A stretch of DNA of 64,000 nucleotides, taken from the NCBI GenBank assembly GCA_029565935.1, contig JAKQNF010000016.1, forward strand, positions 116,031 to 180,030, read 5' to 3'. The notes under the pieces were generated by a model. That model ran no database searches. It was not told where the DNA came from and saw nothing but the letters and a program-made list of their open reading frames with translations. Shown here one piece after another: positions 35,838-45,133 of the stretch. The position numbers and the translations under genes are program-made. The stretch is from Bacillota bacterium (GTDB taxonomy: Bacteria; Bacillota; DTU025; MWDF01). The stretch's first letter is position 1, and each line of letters begins with the position of its first letter.

Positions 35838-37262
35838 ATGGATTCTTCAAGTAAGGATTCGTTAAGGGCCTTGCCCTCGATAGATTCTCTGATCGGATCG
35901 GACGAGGGCAAGAGGCTTTGCATATCGTACGGGAAGGCCGCCGCCGTAAAGGAGCTCAGGGCGGCGCTGGCATCACTAAGGGATGCCAGCACCCAAATCG
36001 CCGACAGGCAGCAGGCTGCGGCATACGCGCTTGCCCAAGCCGGAAAGAAGCTTAGGTCGAACCTTCCCGGCCTGGTGAGGGTAATAAACGCGACGGGCGT
36101 GGTGCTCCATACCAATTTAGGAAGAGCACCGCTTTCGAGCATGGCGATAAGGGCGGCCCAGGAAGCCGCCGAAGGTTACAACGACCTGGAGTACGACCTT
36201 GCGCAGGGCAGGAGGGGCTCAAGGCAAGCACATGTTGCGGGGCTCGCCGCATCGCTGATAGGGGCGGAGGCCGCCCTCGTGGTGAACAACAACGCGGCGG
36301 CGGTGCTCCTTTGCCTCGATGCGCTCGCGAAGGGAGGGAAAGTCGCCGTATCTAGAGGCGAGCTCGTGGAGATAGGCGGCTCCTTCAGGGTGCCTGACAT
36401 AATGTCGGTGACGGGCGCCGTCCTTCTGGAAGTAGGCACGACCAACAGGACCAGGGTTTCTGACTACGAGAAGGCTGCTATGGAAGGCGCCGCAGCGATA
36501 CTAAAGGTCCATCCTTCCAATTTCCGGGTGACTGGCTTCACTTCCGAAGTCGGGACAAGGGAACTGTCCATAATCGCCAAGAAGCACGATATCCCCCTCA
36601 TATTCGACGTCGGATCCGGCTGCATGGCGAATGTGGAAGCATTCGGGCTGCCTTCGGAGCCTTCTCCCAAAGTCGCCATTGAAGAAGGGGCCGACATAGT
36701 GACCTTCTCCGCTGACAAGCTGCTCGGAGGGCCGCAATGCGGCATCATAGCGGGGAAGGCCGACCTGGTGGCGAAGATCGCCCGTTCGCCCCTCGCGAGG
36801 GCCTTCAGGGTGGACAAGATGAGGATAGCGGCGCTTGCGGCGACGTTGGCACAGTACGAATCAGAGGATACGATGTCCGACATCCCGGTCATCGCGATGC
36901 TCAAGGAACCGTTCGATGTGACGATGTCTAGGGCGGTGAAGCTCTGCTCCATGCTCAAGGGTCGGGCATGGGGCCGTGCTGGGCTGGATGGCGTCGCGTT
37001 TAAGCCGGTGGAGACCCTTGACGAGGTGGGCGGAGGGTCCCTTCCCGGCGCCACGCTGAAGGGTGCAGGAGTGCATGTCAGTTCGAAGGGCGTAAGGCCG
37101 GCCGAGGCCGCAAGGCTCCTTAGGGAAGCAAAGCCGGCGGTTGTCGCGCTGGAAAGGGCCGGGGGGATGCTCTTCTCGATGAGGGCGGTAAGGGAGGAAG
37201 AGCTGGCCTCGTTGGCGGATGCGATTGTGCAGGCCTTCGGGAAGGATGAAGAGGGCACATGA
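35838..37262 (+). CDS. selA: L-seryl-tRNA(Sec) selenium transferase
   Basis: LRALPSIDSLI N-terminus and PLP-Lys context FSADKLLGGPQCG. The ATG at 35838 has the better RBS; 35823 is also possible. Confidence 0.9.
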   Translation: MDSSSKDSLRALPSIDSLIGSDEGKRLCISYGKAAAVKELRAALASLRDASTQIADRQQAAAYALAQAGKKLRSNLPGLVRVINATGVVLHTNLGRAPLSSMAIRAAQEAAEGYNDLEYDLAQGRRGSRQAHVAGLAASLIGAEAALVVNNNAAAVLLCLDALAKGGKVAVSRGELVEIGGSFRVPDIMSVTGAVLLEVGTTNRTRVSDYEKAAMEGAAAILKVHPSNFRVTGFTSEVGTRELSIIAKKHDIPLIFDVGSGCMANVEAFGLPSEPSPKVAIEEGADIVTFSADKLLGGPQCGIIAGKADLVAKIARSPLARAFRVDKMRIAALAATLAQYESEDTMSDIPVIAMLKEPFDVTMSRAVKLCSMLKGRAWGRAGLDGVAFKPVETLDEVGGGSLPGATLKGAGVHVSSKGVRPAEAARLLREAKPAVVALERAGGMLFSMRAVREEELASLADAIVQAFGKDEEGT

Positions 37263-39175
37263 AGCATCTGATACTAGGGACGGCCGGGCATGTCGACCAC
37301 GGCAAGACCTCGCTCATAAGGGCATTGACCGGGACCGACACCGACCGCCTTCCTGAGGAGAAGGCACGGGGCATGACCATCGAGCTAGGTTTCACGCACC
37401 TCACCTTGCCTTCGGGGCTAGTGCTGGGCGTCGTGGACATGCCGGGGCACGAGAAGTTCATAAAGCACATGGCGGCCGGTGCCGGCGGCGTGGATATCGC
37501 CCTTCTTGTGATCGCAGCGGACGAGGGGATCATGCGGCAGACCGAAGAGCACCTTGAGATCCTGGAGCTGCTAGGTATATGTAGGGGAGTGGTGGCTGTC
37601 ACCAAGGCCGACCTTGTAGAAAAAGACTGGCTGGAGATGGTCGAGGAGGAGATACGAGATCGGCTTCAGAGCACGAGACTCTCATCGGCTCCTATCGTGC
37701 CCGTATCGTCTGTAACCGGCGCGGGGATAAAGGAGCTGGTCGCCAGGCTCGACGAGGTCGCCTCGGAGGCGCTGGAAAGGGTTAAGGAGCCTGCGTCAAG
37801 GCTCTATGTGGACAGGTGCTTCTCTATGACCGGCCAGGGCACAGTAGTCACTGGTACCTTGCTGGGCGGCCCGATTGCTGAGGGGGACAGGCTGGAGCTG
37901 CTGCCGCCGGGGAAGACGGTCCGCGTGAAGAAGGTAGAAGTGCATGACGAACAAGTGCATAAGGCCTACAGAGGCCAGCGCGTGGCGATGAACCTGGCCG
38001 GCACGGACAGGGACGACGTCGAACGGGGCATGGCCCTTGCTTCGGAAGGATGGCTTTCTCCCACATCCCTCGTGGATGCCGAGGTAACGATGCTGAGCGG
38101 CTCACCTCCCATCGAGCACAACGAGAGGCTTAGGCTCCACATAGGCACCGTGGAGGCGATAGCGAGGGCCAGGGTGCCGAAGCAGCCACAGGGAGGCGTC
38201 GCTTTAATACAGCTGGAAGTCGAAGAGAGGATTTGCCCCGCCCGCGGCGACCGCTTCATCCTCAGGTCCTATTCCCCGCAGACTACGCTGGCCGGTGGTC
38301 GCGTGGTGATGGTCCTACCACCAAGGCGCAAGGTGAGCTCCGATGAGGAGGCAGGATCGATCGCAAGGCTTGCTTCCGCAGATGCTGGCATCATGCTGGC
38401 AGAGCTCATAAGGTCGAGTGCGAGGGCGAAAGGGGCGAAAGCCCTGCCGATCGAAGAGCAAGCCCTTAGGAAACAGGCCTACATGAGCGAGGAGGCGTTC
38501 TCCTCAGCATTCGGGAAGGCCGAGGAGGAAGGTCTTCTATTCGCGATCGAGGCCGAGGGCATGCGCTACTTGATGGACGCAGGCTCGTACGACTTCCTGG
38601 CAGAAGGACTTCAAGAGGCGCTCTCGTCTTATCACGCTGAGCATCCTCTAAGGAAAGGTATGCCCAAGGAGGAGGCGAGACAGAAGGCCATGCCGTGGCT
38701 CGACAGGAAGCAGGCCGGCGCGTTGCTGGCACTAGAGGCCGCCAAAGGGAGGATAGCACAGTCCGGCGAGCGGGTAAGGCTGATGACGCACGAGGTCAGG
38801 TTGAGCGAAAAGCAGCAGGCAGCGGCGAGGAAGCTCGAGGACTCGTTCAAGCAGAACCTATTATCGCCGCCAGATTTGGATGAGCTGATAAGGACTCCGG
38901 GCGAGAACCTTAGTCAAGTCGCCGATTATCTCGTGGGAGAGGGGATACTTGTGCGGGCCTCATCCGAGGTGACGTTCCACAAGGACGCAGTAGATATGGC
39001 AATAAAAGCGGCCTCGAGCTTCGAGGGGCAGTTCACGGCGGCGATGCTAAGGGACGCTCTGGGCACGTCGAGGAAATATGCCATAGCCCTGCTGGAGTGG
39101 ATGGACGCAGAGGAGCTCACGCAAAGGAGCGGGGATTTCAGGAAGTTCAGGGAAGGCGACAACAAGGCACGATGA
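37259..39175 (+). CDS. selB: Selenocysteine-specific translation elongation factor
   Basis: GTPase motifs GTAGHVDHGKTSL, DMPGHE and TKAD, plus a long winged-helix C-terminal region. It overlaps selA by 4 nt. Confidence 0.9.
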   Translation: MKHLILGTAGHVDHGKTSLIRALTGTDTDRLPEEKARGMTIELGFTHLTLPSGLVLGVVDMPGHEKFIKHMAAGAGGVDIALLVIAADEGIMRQTEEHLEILELLGICRGVVAVTKADLVEKDWLEMVEEEIRDRLQSTRLSSAPIVPVSSVTGAGIKELVARLDEVASEALERVKEPASRLYVDRCFSMTGQGTVVTGTLLGGPIAEGDRLELLPPGKTVRVKKVEVHDEQVHKAYRGQRVAMNLAGTDRDDVERGMALASEGWLSPTSLVDAEVTMLSGSPPIEHNERLRLHIGTVEAIARARVPKQPQGGVALIQLEVEERICPARGDRFILRSYSPQTTLAGGRVVMVLPPRRKVSSDEEAGSIARLASADAGIMLAELIRSSARAKGAKALPIEEQALRKQAYMSEEAFSSAFGKAEEEGLLFAIEAEGMRYLMDAGSYDFLAEGLQEALSSYHAEHPLRKGMPKEEARQKAMPWLDRKQAGALLALEAAKGRIAQSGERVRLMTHEVRLSEKQQAAARKLEDSFKQNLLSPPDLDELIRTPGENLSQVADYLVGEGILVRASSEVTFHKDAVDMAIKAASSFEGQFTAAMLRDALGTSRKYAIALLEWMDAEELTQRSGDFRKFREGDNKAR

Positions 39176-39261
39176 CGCGCTCGACCGGGCGCGATTTAGG
39201 GCGGCGCCGGCTGGAAAGACCGCGCTCCCGGTGATATAATCACTGACAGTGACAACTGCAT

Positions 39262-39445
39262 AACCTGTAAGGGTGCCCCACCGTGTGGGGATAATAGGGA
39301 AGAGGCACCGGAGACGTCCTTAGCGGTTTCCGGCAAGCCCGCGGTCCCGCCACTGTACGCGACATGAAGAACCTGCGCCACTGGTCAGAAGCCGGGAAGG
39401 CAAAGGAAGAGCAAAAGTCGCAAGCCAGGAGACCTGCCCTTACAA
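39262..39445 (+). promoter_or_regulatory. Cobalamin (B12) riboswitch
   Basis: Conserved elements AATAGGGAAG, GTCCCGCCACTGTA, GCCACTGG...GCCGGGAAGGC and the B12 box AGCCAGGAGACCTGCCC (39423-39439). The boundaries are approximate. Confidence 0.85.
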
Positions 39446-39498
39446 GTGCTGTTCCGCCTTCGTGGAAAAAGGAGGATGCAGGCCGATTTGGTCTACTG

Positions 39499-39536
39499 AG
39501 CCCGTTCACCGGAAGGTGAGCGGGCTTTCGTCTTTT
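39499..39536 (+). terminator. Riboswitch expression-platform terminator
   Basis: AGCCCGTTCACC-GGAA-GGTGAGCGGGCT: a 12-bp stem with one G-U pair, followed by TTTCGTCTTTT. Confidence 0.75.
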
Positions 39537-39581
39537 AAGGCTTGCACGTCATTACCGTCCGACATTAAGGAGGTAGTGCAG

Positions 39582-40466
39582 ATGCGAAGAAAAACGATCA
39601 TAACGATGGTGGCCGTACTGCTGGTCTTGTCCTTCGCGACGATAAGCGCTCTTGCGACTGGCTATCCTGTGGCGATCAAGGACGCTACGGGGACAGAGGT
39701 GATCATAAAGGAAGAGCCGAGGAGGATAGTTAGCATAGTCCCGAGCGTGACCGAGATGCTCTATGCGGTGGGCCTGGGCGACAGGCTGGTCGGGGTCACG
39801 GCGTGGTGTACGTATCCCGAAGAAGCGAAGAAGGTCGACAAGGTAGGAGACGTCAACATAAACATAGAGGCCGTCCTCGCGAAGAAGCCCGACCTTGTCG
39901 TGGCGGATACTAGCATGAGCGGGACTACGATATCGAAGATAAGGGAACTGGGAGTGAAGGTGCTCGCCATAAAAGCAGACGACATAGCCGGGATGCTTGA
40001 TGCCCTAAAGCTGCTGGGCATGGCGGGGGGCAAGGAAGCTGAGGCGGACGCGCTGGTGGCGTCGCTCTCGTTTCGGATCGAGAAGGTAAAAGCCGCGATC
40101 GCCAAGTCGAAGAGCAGGCCGTCCGTATTCGTGGAGATATGGAACGAGCCTCTGATGACGGCGGGCAGGGGCACTTACGTGGACGAGCTGATAAGGCTGG
40201 CAGGCGGCAGGAACATAGCAGAGGGAGTAACGGGCTGGCCGGTGTTCAGCCAGGAGACAGTCATTAAGGAGAACCCATACTTGATAATCCTGACGAACTA
40301 CAACAAGGCGGAAGTACTTACGAGGAAGGCCTGGTCGGACCTCGCCGCGGTCAGATCGGGCAGGGTCATTGAGGCTAACCCGGACCTCCTTGTTAGGTCC
40401 GGACCCAGGTTGGTGGACGGCCTCGAGGAGCTGGCGAAGCTGCTGCATCCGGAGATGTTCGATTGA
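39582..40466 (+). CDS. btuF: Cobalamin/siderophore-type periplasmic binding protein (BtuF-like)
   Basis: ATG 39582 follows AAGGAGG. Signal peptide present, and RIVSIVPSVTEMLYAVGLGDRLVGVT is a class III SBP motif. It lies downstream of the B12 riboswitch. Confidence 0.85.
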   Translation: MRRKTIITMVAVLLVLSFATISALATGYPVAIKDATGTEVIIKEEPRRIVSIVPSVTEMLYAVGLGDRLVGVTAWCTYPEEAKKVDKVGDVNINIEAVLAKKPDLVVADTSMSGTTISKIRELGVKVLAIKADDIAGMLDALKLLGMAGGKEAEADALVASLSFRIEKVKAAIAKSKSRPSVFVEIWNEPLMTAGRGTYVDELIRLAGGRNIAEGVTGWPVFSQETVIKENPYLIILTNYNKAEVLTRKAWSDLAAVRSGRVIEANPDLLVRSGPRLVDGLEELAKLLHPEMFD

Positions 40467-40479
40467 TTTTAACGAGGTG

Positions 40480-41538
40480 ATGCCCATGCCTAGGAAAAGG
40501 GCCGCAGGATCCCTCATAGCGGTGCTGGCCGTCTCAGTCGTGGTGCTGATGGTCTCGGCCTCGGTGGGCACGGTTGGAGTGCCCGTAGCCGAGACGCTGA
40601 AGTCGGTGGCGGGCTGCCTTCCCGAAAGCATTAGGACGGCCCTTGGCATAGGAAAAGCCGACCCTGCCTTCGATGCGATAATAATGAAGGTGAGGCTGCC
40701 CAGGATCATACTGGGCTTCGCCGTGGGCGCCGCCTTGGGCGCAGCCGGCGCGTGCTACCAGGGGCTGTTAAGTAATCCTCTGGCCGATCCCTACATAATT
40801 GGCGTCTCTTCGGGCGCCGCTTTGGGGGCGAGCATAGGGATTGTGCTGACATCAAGCAGCATGGCGGCGTTAGGAGGGGCGATACCGCTCTTCGCATTCG
40901 GCGGCGCTCTTGTCTCGATGATCTTGGTGATGGCGCTAGCGCAGGTAAAAGGCAAGGTCCAGTCCGAGAGCCTGCTGCTTTCAGGGGTCGTTGTTGGTTC
41001 TTTCATCTGGGCGCTCGTCTCTTTCACCATGCTGGCCGCCGGAGAGGACCTGCCCAAGGTGATGATGTGGCTCATGGGCTCGCTCTCTGCTCGCAACTGG
41101 GGCCACTTCGCGATGTCCGCCCCGTACATAGCCGTGGGCATCGGGGCGATGATGCTCATGTCCAGGGGCCTTAACGTGATATCGATGGGAGAGGAGCAGG
41201 CCCGCTTCATGGGCCTGGGTGTGGAAGGCTTCAAGAAGGCCGTGATAGTGGCCTGCTCCCTAGCGACGTCGGCCGCGGTCGGCGTGTCCGGGATAATAGG
41301 GTTCGTCGGACTAATAGTGCCGCACATGGCGAGATATCTGACCGGTCCCGACCACAGGGTGCTGATACCCGTATCGGCCCTGGCAGGAGGGGCTCTCCTG
41401 GTGGCGGCGGACACGGTCGCCAGGACCATCATCTCCCCCGCCGAGCTGCCGGTGGGCACCGTCACGGCGCTCGTCGGGGCACCGTTCTTCTTCTACCTGT
41501 TAAGGAGGTCGAGGAGGGAGGGGAAATCCGGCAAATGA
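40480..41538 (+). CDS. btuC: FecCD/BtuC-family ABC permease
   Basis: Polytopic protein with RLPRIILGF...GACYQGLLSNPLADPYIIGVSSGA. The track start at 40369 overlaps btuF, so ATG 40480 or 40486 is preferred. Confidence 0.85.
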   Translation: MPMPRKRAAGSLIAVLAVSVVVLMVSASVGTVGVPVAETLKSVAGCLPESIRTALGIGKADPAFDAIIMKVRLPRIILGFAVGAALGAAGACYQGLLSNPLADPYIIGVSSGAALGASIGIVLTSSSMAALGGAIPLFAFGGALVSMILVMALAQVKGKVQSESLLLSGVVVGSFIWALVSFTMLAAGEDLPKVMMWLMGSLSARNWGHFAMSAPYIAVGIGAMMLMSRGLNVISMGEEQARFMGLGVEGFKKAVIVACSLATSAAVGVSGIIGFVGLIVPHMARYLTGPDHRVLIPVSALAGGALLVAADTVARTIISPAELPVGTVTALVGAPFFFYLLRRSRREGKSGK

Positions 41539-42320
41539 AGGTAAGCATGGAGAAGATAAGCTATTCATACGGCAGGAAGGCCGCCCTGACGGATGTGACG
41601 GCCTCGTTGCCGGCAGGAAGCCTCACCGGCATAATCGGCCCCAACGGCTCCGGCAAGAGCACGCTGCTTAGGATACTCGGCTACGTTGCGAGGCCGGCTT
41701 CGGGGAGGGTCACGTACGACGGGGCCGACATATCGTCCATGTCCCCCATGGGAAGGGCGAGGCTCATAGGCGCCGTCCTGCAAGACCAGGGCACGCAGTT
41801 CCCGTTCTCGGTGGAAGACGTGGTCGAGATGGGCAGGTTCCCCTATAACGGGATGCTGGGCAGGCCAGGACGCCGCGACACAGAGGCAATCCAGAAGGCG
41901 ATGGCGATGGCCGGCGTGCTCGGCCTCGAGGGAAGGCAGATAACCACGCTTTCGTCTGGGGAGCGGCAGAGGGTTTTCATCGCCCGCGCGCTTGCGCAGG
42001 AGCCCAAAGTGATGCTGCTCGATGAACCGACGTCTCATCTTGACATTTCCTACCAACTGGAGGTCATGGAGATATTGAAAGGGCTTGCGGCCTTAGGCAC
42101 CACGGTCATAATCGTGATGCACGACCTCAATCTTGCAGGCCTTTACTGCGACAGGCTAATAGCCCTGAAAGAGGGCCGCGTAGTGTCCGAAGGTCGGCCG
42201 GACGACGTTTTGACGGCTGACAACATACTGGAGATCTACGGTGTGAGGGCGGTCGTGAAGAACAACCCCGAGACCTCAAGGCCCGGTATCGTCATGCTGA
42301 CCCCTAGCTCGAAACCGTAA
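41535..42320 (+). CDS. btuD: ABC transporter ATP-binding protein (BtuD/FepC family)
   Basis: GPNGSGKST, LSSGERQRV, MLLDEPTSHLD. It overlaps btuC by 4 nt. Confidence 0.9.
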   Translation: MKVSMEKISYSYGRKAALTDVTASLPAGSLTGIIGPNGSGKSTLLRILGYVARPASGRVTYDGADISSMSPMGRARLIGAVLQDQGTQFPFSVEDVVEMGRFPYNGMLGRPGRRDTEAIQKAMAMAGVLGLEGRQITTLSSGERQRVFIARALAQEPKVMLLDEPTSHLDISYQLEVMEILKGLAALGTTVIIVMHDLNLAGLYCDRLIALKEGRVVSEGRPDDVLTADNILEIYGVRAVVKNNPETSRPGIVMLTPSSKP

Positions 42321-42477
42321 GGGCGCTACTTTAGGCGGCACTTTGACTTGTCGTGCCTAAACAATAAGATCCGATGCCCGCGAGGAGATTCAAACCTCCT
42401 GTCTTTCGTTATTTGATTGTCGGCGAATCGGGCGTAAACGCCCTACTTGGTTTATAATTGTCTAAAAGCTTCATGGA

Positions 42478-43095
42478 GTGGGGGCAGCTTCCTTGAAAAA
42501 TTGCTACGGTAGGATCGAAGACGCCCTTGTACAGGTCTACACAGGAGACGGCAAGGGCAAGACGACTGCGGCGCTCGGGCTGGCTATGAGGGCCGTCGGG
42601 CACGGCTTCACCGCCAGGGTGATACAGTTCATGAAGGGCTCGACGTACTACGGCGAGCTCTATGCCGCGGAGAGGCTTGCGCCTGAGCTCGAGATTTACC
42701 AGTTCGGCAGGGGCTGCAGGATACAAGAGCAGATCAGGAAGGGCGAGGCAAAGTGCGATATGTGCATGGAATGCTTCGTAACCAGGGGTAACGTCACAAG
42801 GACGGACCTGGAGCTGGCGGCAGAAGCTTACGTGCTTGCATTAAGGACGCTTAAGAACGCCGAGGCGGACGTGGTAGTCCTGGACGAGCTCACCAACGCC
42901 ATAAAGTACGACCTGCTTACCGTCGAAGATTGTGTCAAGCTGGTTAATTCCAGGGCCAAGGGAGTGGAAGTTATAATCACTGGCAGGGACGTGCCGGAGG
43001 AGATAGCCGACATAGCGGACCTGGTCACAGAGATGAAACCCATAAAGCATCCCTTCGAGAAGGGGATAGGGGCCAGGAGAGGGATAGAATACTAG
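42478..43095 (+). CDS. cobO: Cob(I)yrinic acid a,c-diamide / corrinoid adenosyltransferase (CobO/BtuR/CobA type) with a Cys-rich insert
   Basis: P-loop GDGKGKTTAALG and VVLDELTNAIKYDLL. The insert is CRIQEQIRKGEAKCDMCMEC. Confidence 0.85.
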   Translation: MGAASLKNCYGRIEDALVQVYTGDGKGKTTAALGLAMRAVGHGFTARVIQFMKGSTYYGELYAAERLAPELEIYQFGRGCRIQEQIRKGEAKCDMCMECFVTRGNVTRTDLELAAEAYVLALRTLKNAEADVVVLDELTNAIKYDLLTVEDCVKLVNSRAKGVEVIITGRDVPEEIADIADLVTEMKPIKHPFEKGIGARRGIEY

Positions 43096-43131
43096 TCGAC
43101 GCGCCTATAGCGCGACAAGCCAAATGGGGGA

Positions 43132-44292
43132 GTGAAAATGTCCTACTATGATAGAGGATCGTCCGGAAGAAGGCCCGGTTTATTGGGCTATTTCTTGGCA
43201 TCCCTCGCCGGTGTCCTGATAGGGGCTGTATTGGTGGGATCGATACTCCTGAATCTGCCGATCATGAGAAGCGGCAGCACGACGGGTGCCACATCTTCGA
43301 CCACGCAGAGTAGCACCTCCCAGGGCGGGCTGCTCTCGCCCGGGACGGATTCGATATTCAGCCCGGTCGCCGACGTGGCGCAGGCGGTTGGGCCTTCGGT
43401 GGTTAAGGTGGCCACGAAGCAGCAGGAGGTCGTTTATTCTTTCTTCGCGATACCGATGGTCCAAGAATCGGAGGGCCTTGGTTCCGGGGTGATAATCTCA
43501 TCTGACGGGTATATAATCACGAACGCCCACGTCGTGAGCAACGTGACCGAGGCCAAGGTCACCCTCAACGACGGAAGGGAATTCACGGCCAAGGTCGTTG
43601 GCTCTGACGAATACACAGACGTGGCCGTGCTGAAAGTGGAGGCCACAAACCTGCCGGCGGCGAAGCTCGCCGATTCGGACTACCTTAAGGTTGGGGAGCT
43701 GGCCGTGGCCATCGGAAACCCCTACGGCTTCGACCACACCGTCAGCGCAGGCGTGGTTTCGGCGCTCAACAGGTCCCTCGACATGGATAACGGCATCACG
43801 CTGGCGGGCATCATACAGACCGATGCTCCGATCAATCCCGGCAACTCGGGCGGGGCGCTGGCCTCGGCCGACGGGCTCGTCATCGGGATAAACACCGCGG
43901 TCATGGAGAACGCGCAGAACATAGGCTTCGCGATACCGATCAAGGCTGTCATGGCGGCGGCGGACGAGATAATCAAGTACGGCAAGGTCAAAAGGGCGTA
44001 CATCGGGCTTGCCGAATACATAGACCTCAACGAGGACATAGCCGCAAGGTACGGCCTGGCCTCCAAGACCGGAGTCATGGTATACAGCGTGGACCGCACG
44101 GGCCCGCTGGCCAAGGCCGGTTTGATAAGGGGTGACATAATCATCGAGCTGGACGGCAAGGCCATCCAGTCCGGTTCTCAGATAAGGGATTTCCTCAACG
44201 CAGCCGCGATAGGGGCCAAGGCGCAGGTCACATACATAGACAAGAATGGGAAGCAGAAGACCGTGGAGGTCTTGATGACCGAGATGCCATGA
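43132..44292 (+). CDS. htrA: HtrA/DegP-family serine protease with a PDZ domain
   Basis: N-terminal TM helix. Triad contexts are ITNAHVV, DVAVLKV and GNSGGAL. The C-terminal PDZ contains GDIIIELDG. Confidence 0.9.
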   Translation: MKMSYYDRGSSGRRPGLLGYFLASLAGVLIGAVLVGSILLNLPIMRSGSTTGATSSTTQSSTSQGGLLSPGTDSIFSPVADVAQAVGPSVVKVATKQQEVVYSFFAIPMVQESEGLGSGVIISSDGYIITNAHVVSNVTEAKVTLNDGREFTAKVVGSDEYTDVAVLKVEATNLPAAKLADSDYLKVGELAVAIGNPYGFDHTVSAGVVSALNRSLDMDNGITLAGIIQTDAPINPGNSGGALASADGLVIGINTAVMENAQNIGFAIPIKAVMAAADEIIKYGKVKRAYIGLAEYIDLNEDIAARYGLASKTGVMVYSVDRTGPLAKAGLIRGDIIIELDGKAIQSGSQIRDFLNAAAIGAKAQVTYIDKNGKQKTVEVLMTEMP

Positions 44293-44305
44293 ACGGAGGG
44301 TACCG

Positions 44306-45121
44306 ATGCAAACAAGGTTAAACTTCAAGATTATCAACTATCCTTTCATGGGAACCGGCGTCAACACCGAAAGGCTCATGCTGATGGCCAAGCTTTGTTA
44401 CTCGCCGATCGGCGCCGAGGGCATGGCTGACATGGTCATGGGGAAGGACTGCGACATCTCTGACGACGCTACCGGGCGTTTCGTGCGCGGCCTCATATCT
44501 TCAGGGCACCTTGGCGCGCTGGAGCATTGGTACACGAGTTTCGCCGTCGAGGGCTATTCAAGGATCTCGAGCCAGCAGAACGACAGGCACAGGATAATGA
44601 AGATGTTCAAGGACCATGGCTGCGCTGTAGGATACGTCTGCGACCCGGAGCAGGGTTCTGCGGACACCTCCCAGCTGCAGCAGTCCCAGAGGTATGTGAA
44701 GGAGCAGGATTTCAACTACGTGGTGCCTCCGAGCGTAATGGCCCACGCAAGCTTCTACGAGAGGTTCGTGAAGCTGCAGGAAGAGGTCCGGGCCCTTCAG
44801 GAGTACGGGCTGAACGAGGCGAAGCTTCCCGCCGAGGACGTAAGGTTCGCGCTCACGAACGCCACGGAGACGAGGTTCGTGATAACCACGAACGCACGCC
44901 AGCTAAGGCATATGTTCAACCTGAGGTGCTGCACCAGGGCGCAGTGGGAGATAAGGGAGCTGTTCTGCGGCCTGTTGGACGAATACAGGAAGATAGCGCC
45001 CAATATCTTCTGGAAGGCGGGCGCCTCGTGCGACGAGCTTGGCTACTGCCCGGAGGGATCCATGTCATGCGGCAAGGCCCCCACGCTCAAGAAACTCAAG
45101 GAGATGGCGGGGCTCAAGTAG
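44306..45121 (+). CDS. thyX: FAD-dependent thymidylate synthase ThyX (with an insertion in the signature motif)
   Basis: SGHLGALEH, RHR ... SQLQQSQRY, TNARQLRHMFNLRC. About 23 extra residues sit between RHRI and the (T)SxxxxSxRY part of the ThyX motif. Confidence 0.8.
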   Translation: MQTRLNFKIINYPFMGTGVNTERLMLMAKLCYSPIGAEGMADMVMGKDCDISDDATGRFVRGLISSGHLGALEHWYTSFAVEGYSRISSQQNDRHRIMKMFKDHGCAVGYVCDPEQGSADTSQLQQSQRYVKEQDFNYVVPPSVMAHASFYERFVKLQEEVRALQEYGLNEAKLPAEDVRFALTNATETRFVITTNARQLRHMFNLRCCTRAQWEIRELFCGLLDEYRKIAPNIFWKAGASCDELGYCPEGSMSCGKAPTLKKLKEMAGLK

Positions 45122-45133
45122 CCCCCCTATAAC

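Noticed and set aside
39196-39509. Small minus-strand ORFs 39196..39381 and 39240..39509, plus the N-terminal extension of track ORF 39462..40466
   Set aside because: This region is the cobalamin riboswitch and its terminator. The real btuF start is ATG 39582, which has an RBS and a signal peptide.
40005-41465. Minus-strand ORFs 40005..40709 and 40791..41465
   Set aside because: They are antisense to btuF and btuC, with no motifs.
42381-42400. GAGGAGATTCAAACCTCC looked like a tRNA T-arm fragment or the remnant of an integration site
   Set aside because: The loop is 8-9 nt rather than the 7-nt TTCRANT. No acceptor, D or anticodon arms can be folded on either strand. It is more likely a weak hairpin after btuD.
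43498-45132. ORF 43498..44337(-) and alternative-frame ORF 44527..45132(+)
   Set aside because: The first is antisense to HtrA. The second is out of frame within ThyX and Arg/Gly-rich. The HtrA and ThyX frames carry the catalytic motifs.
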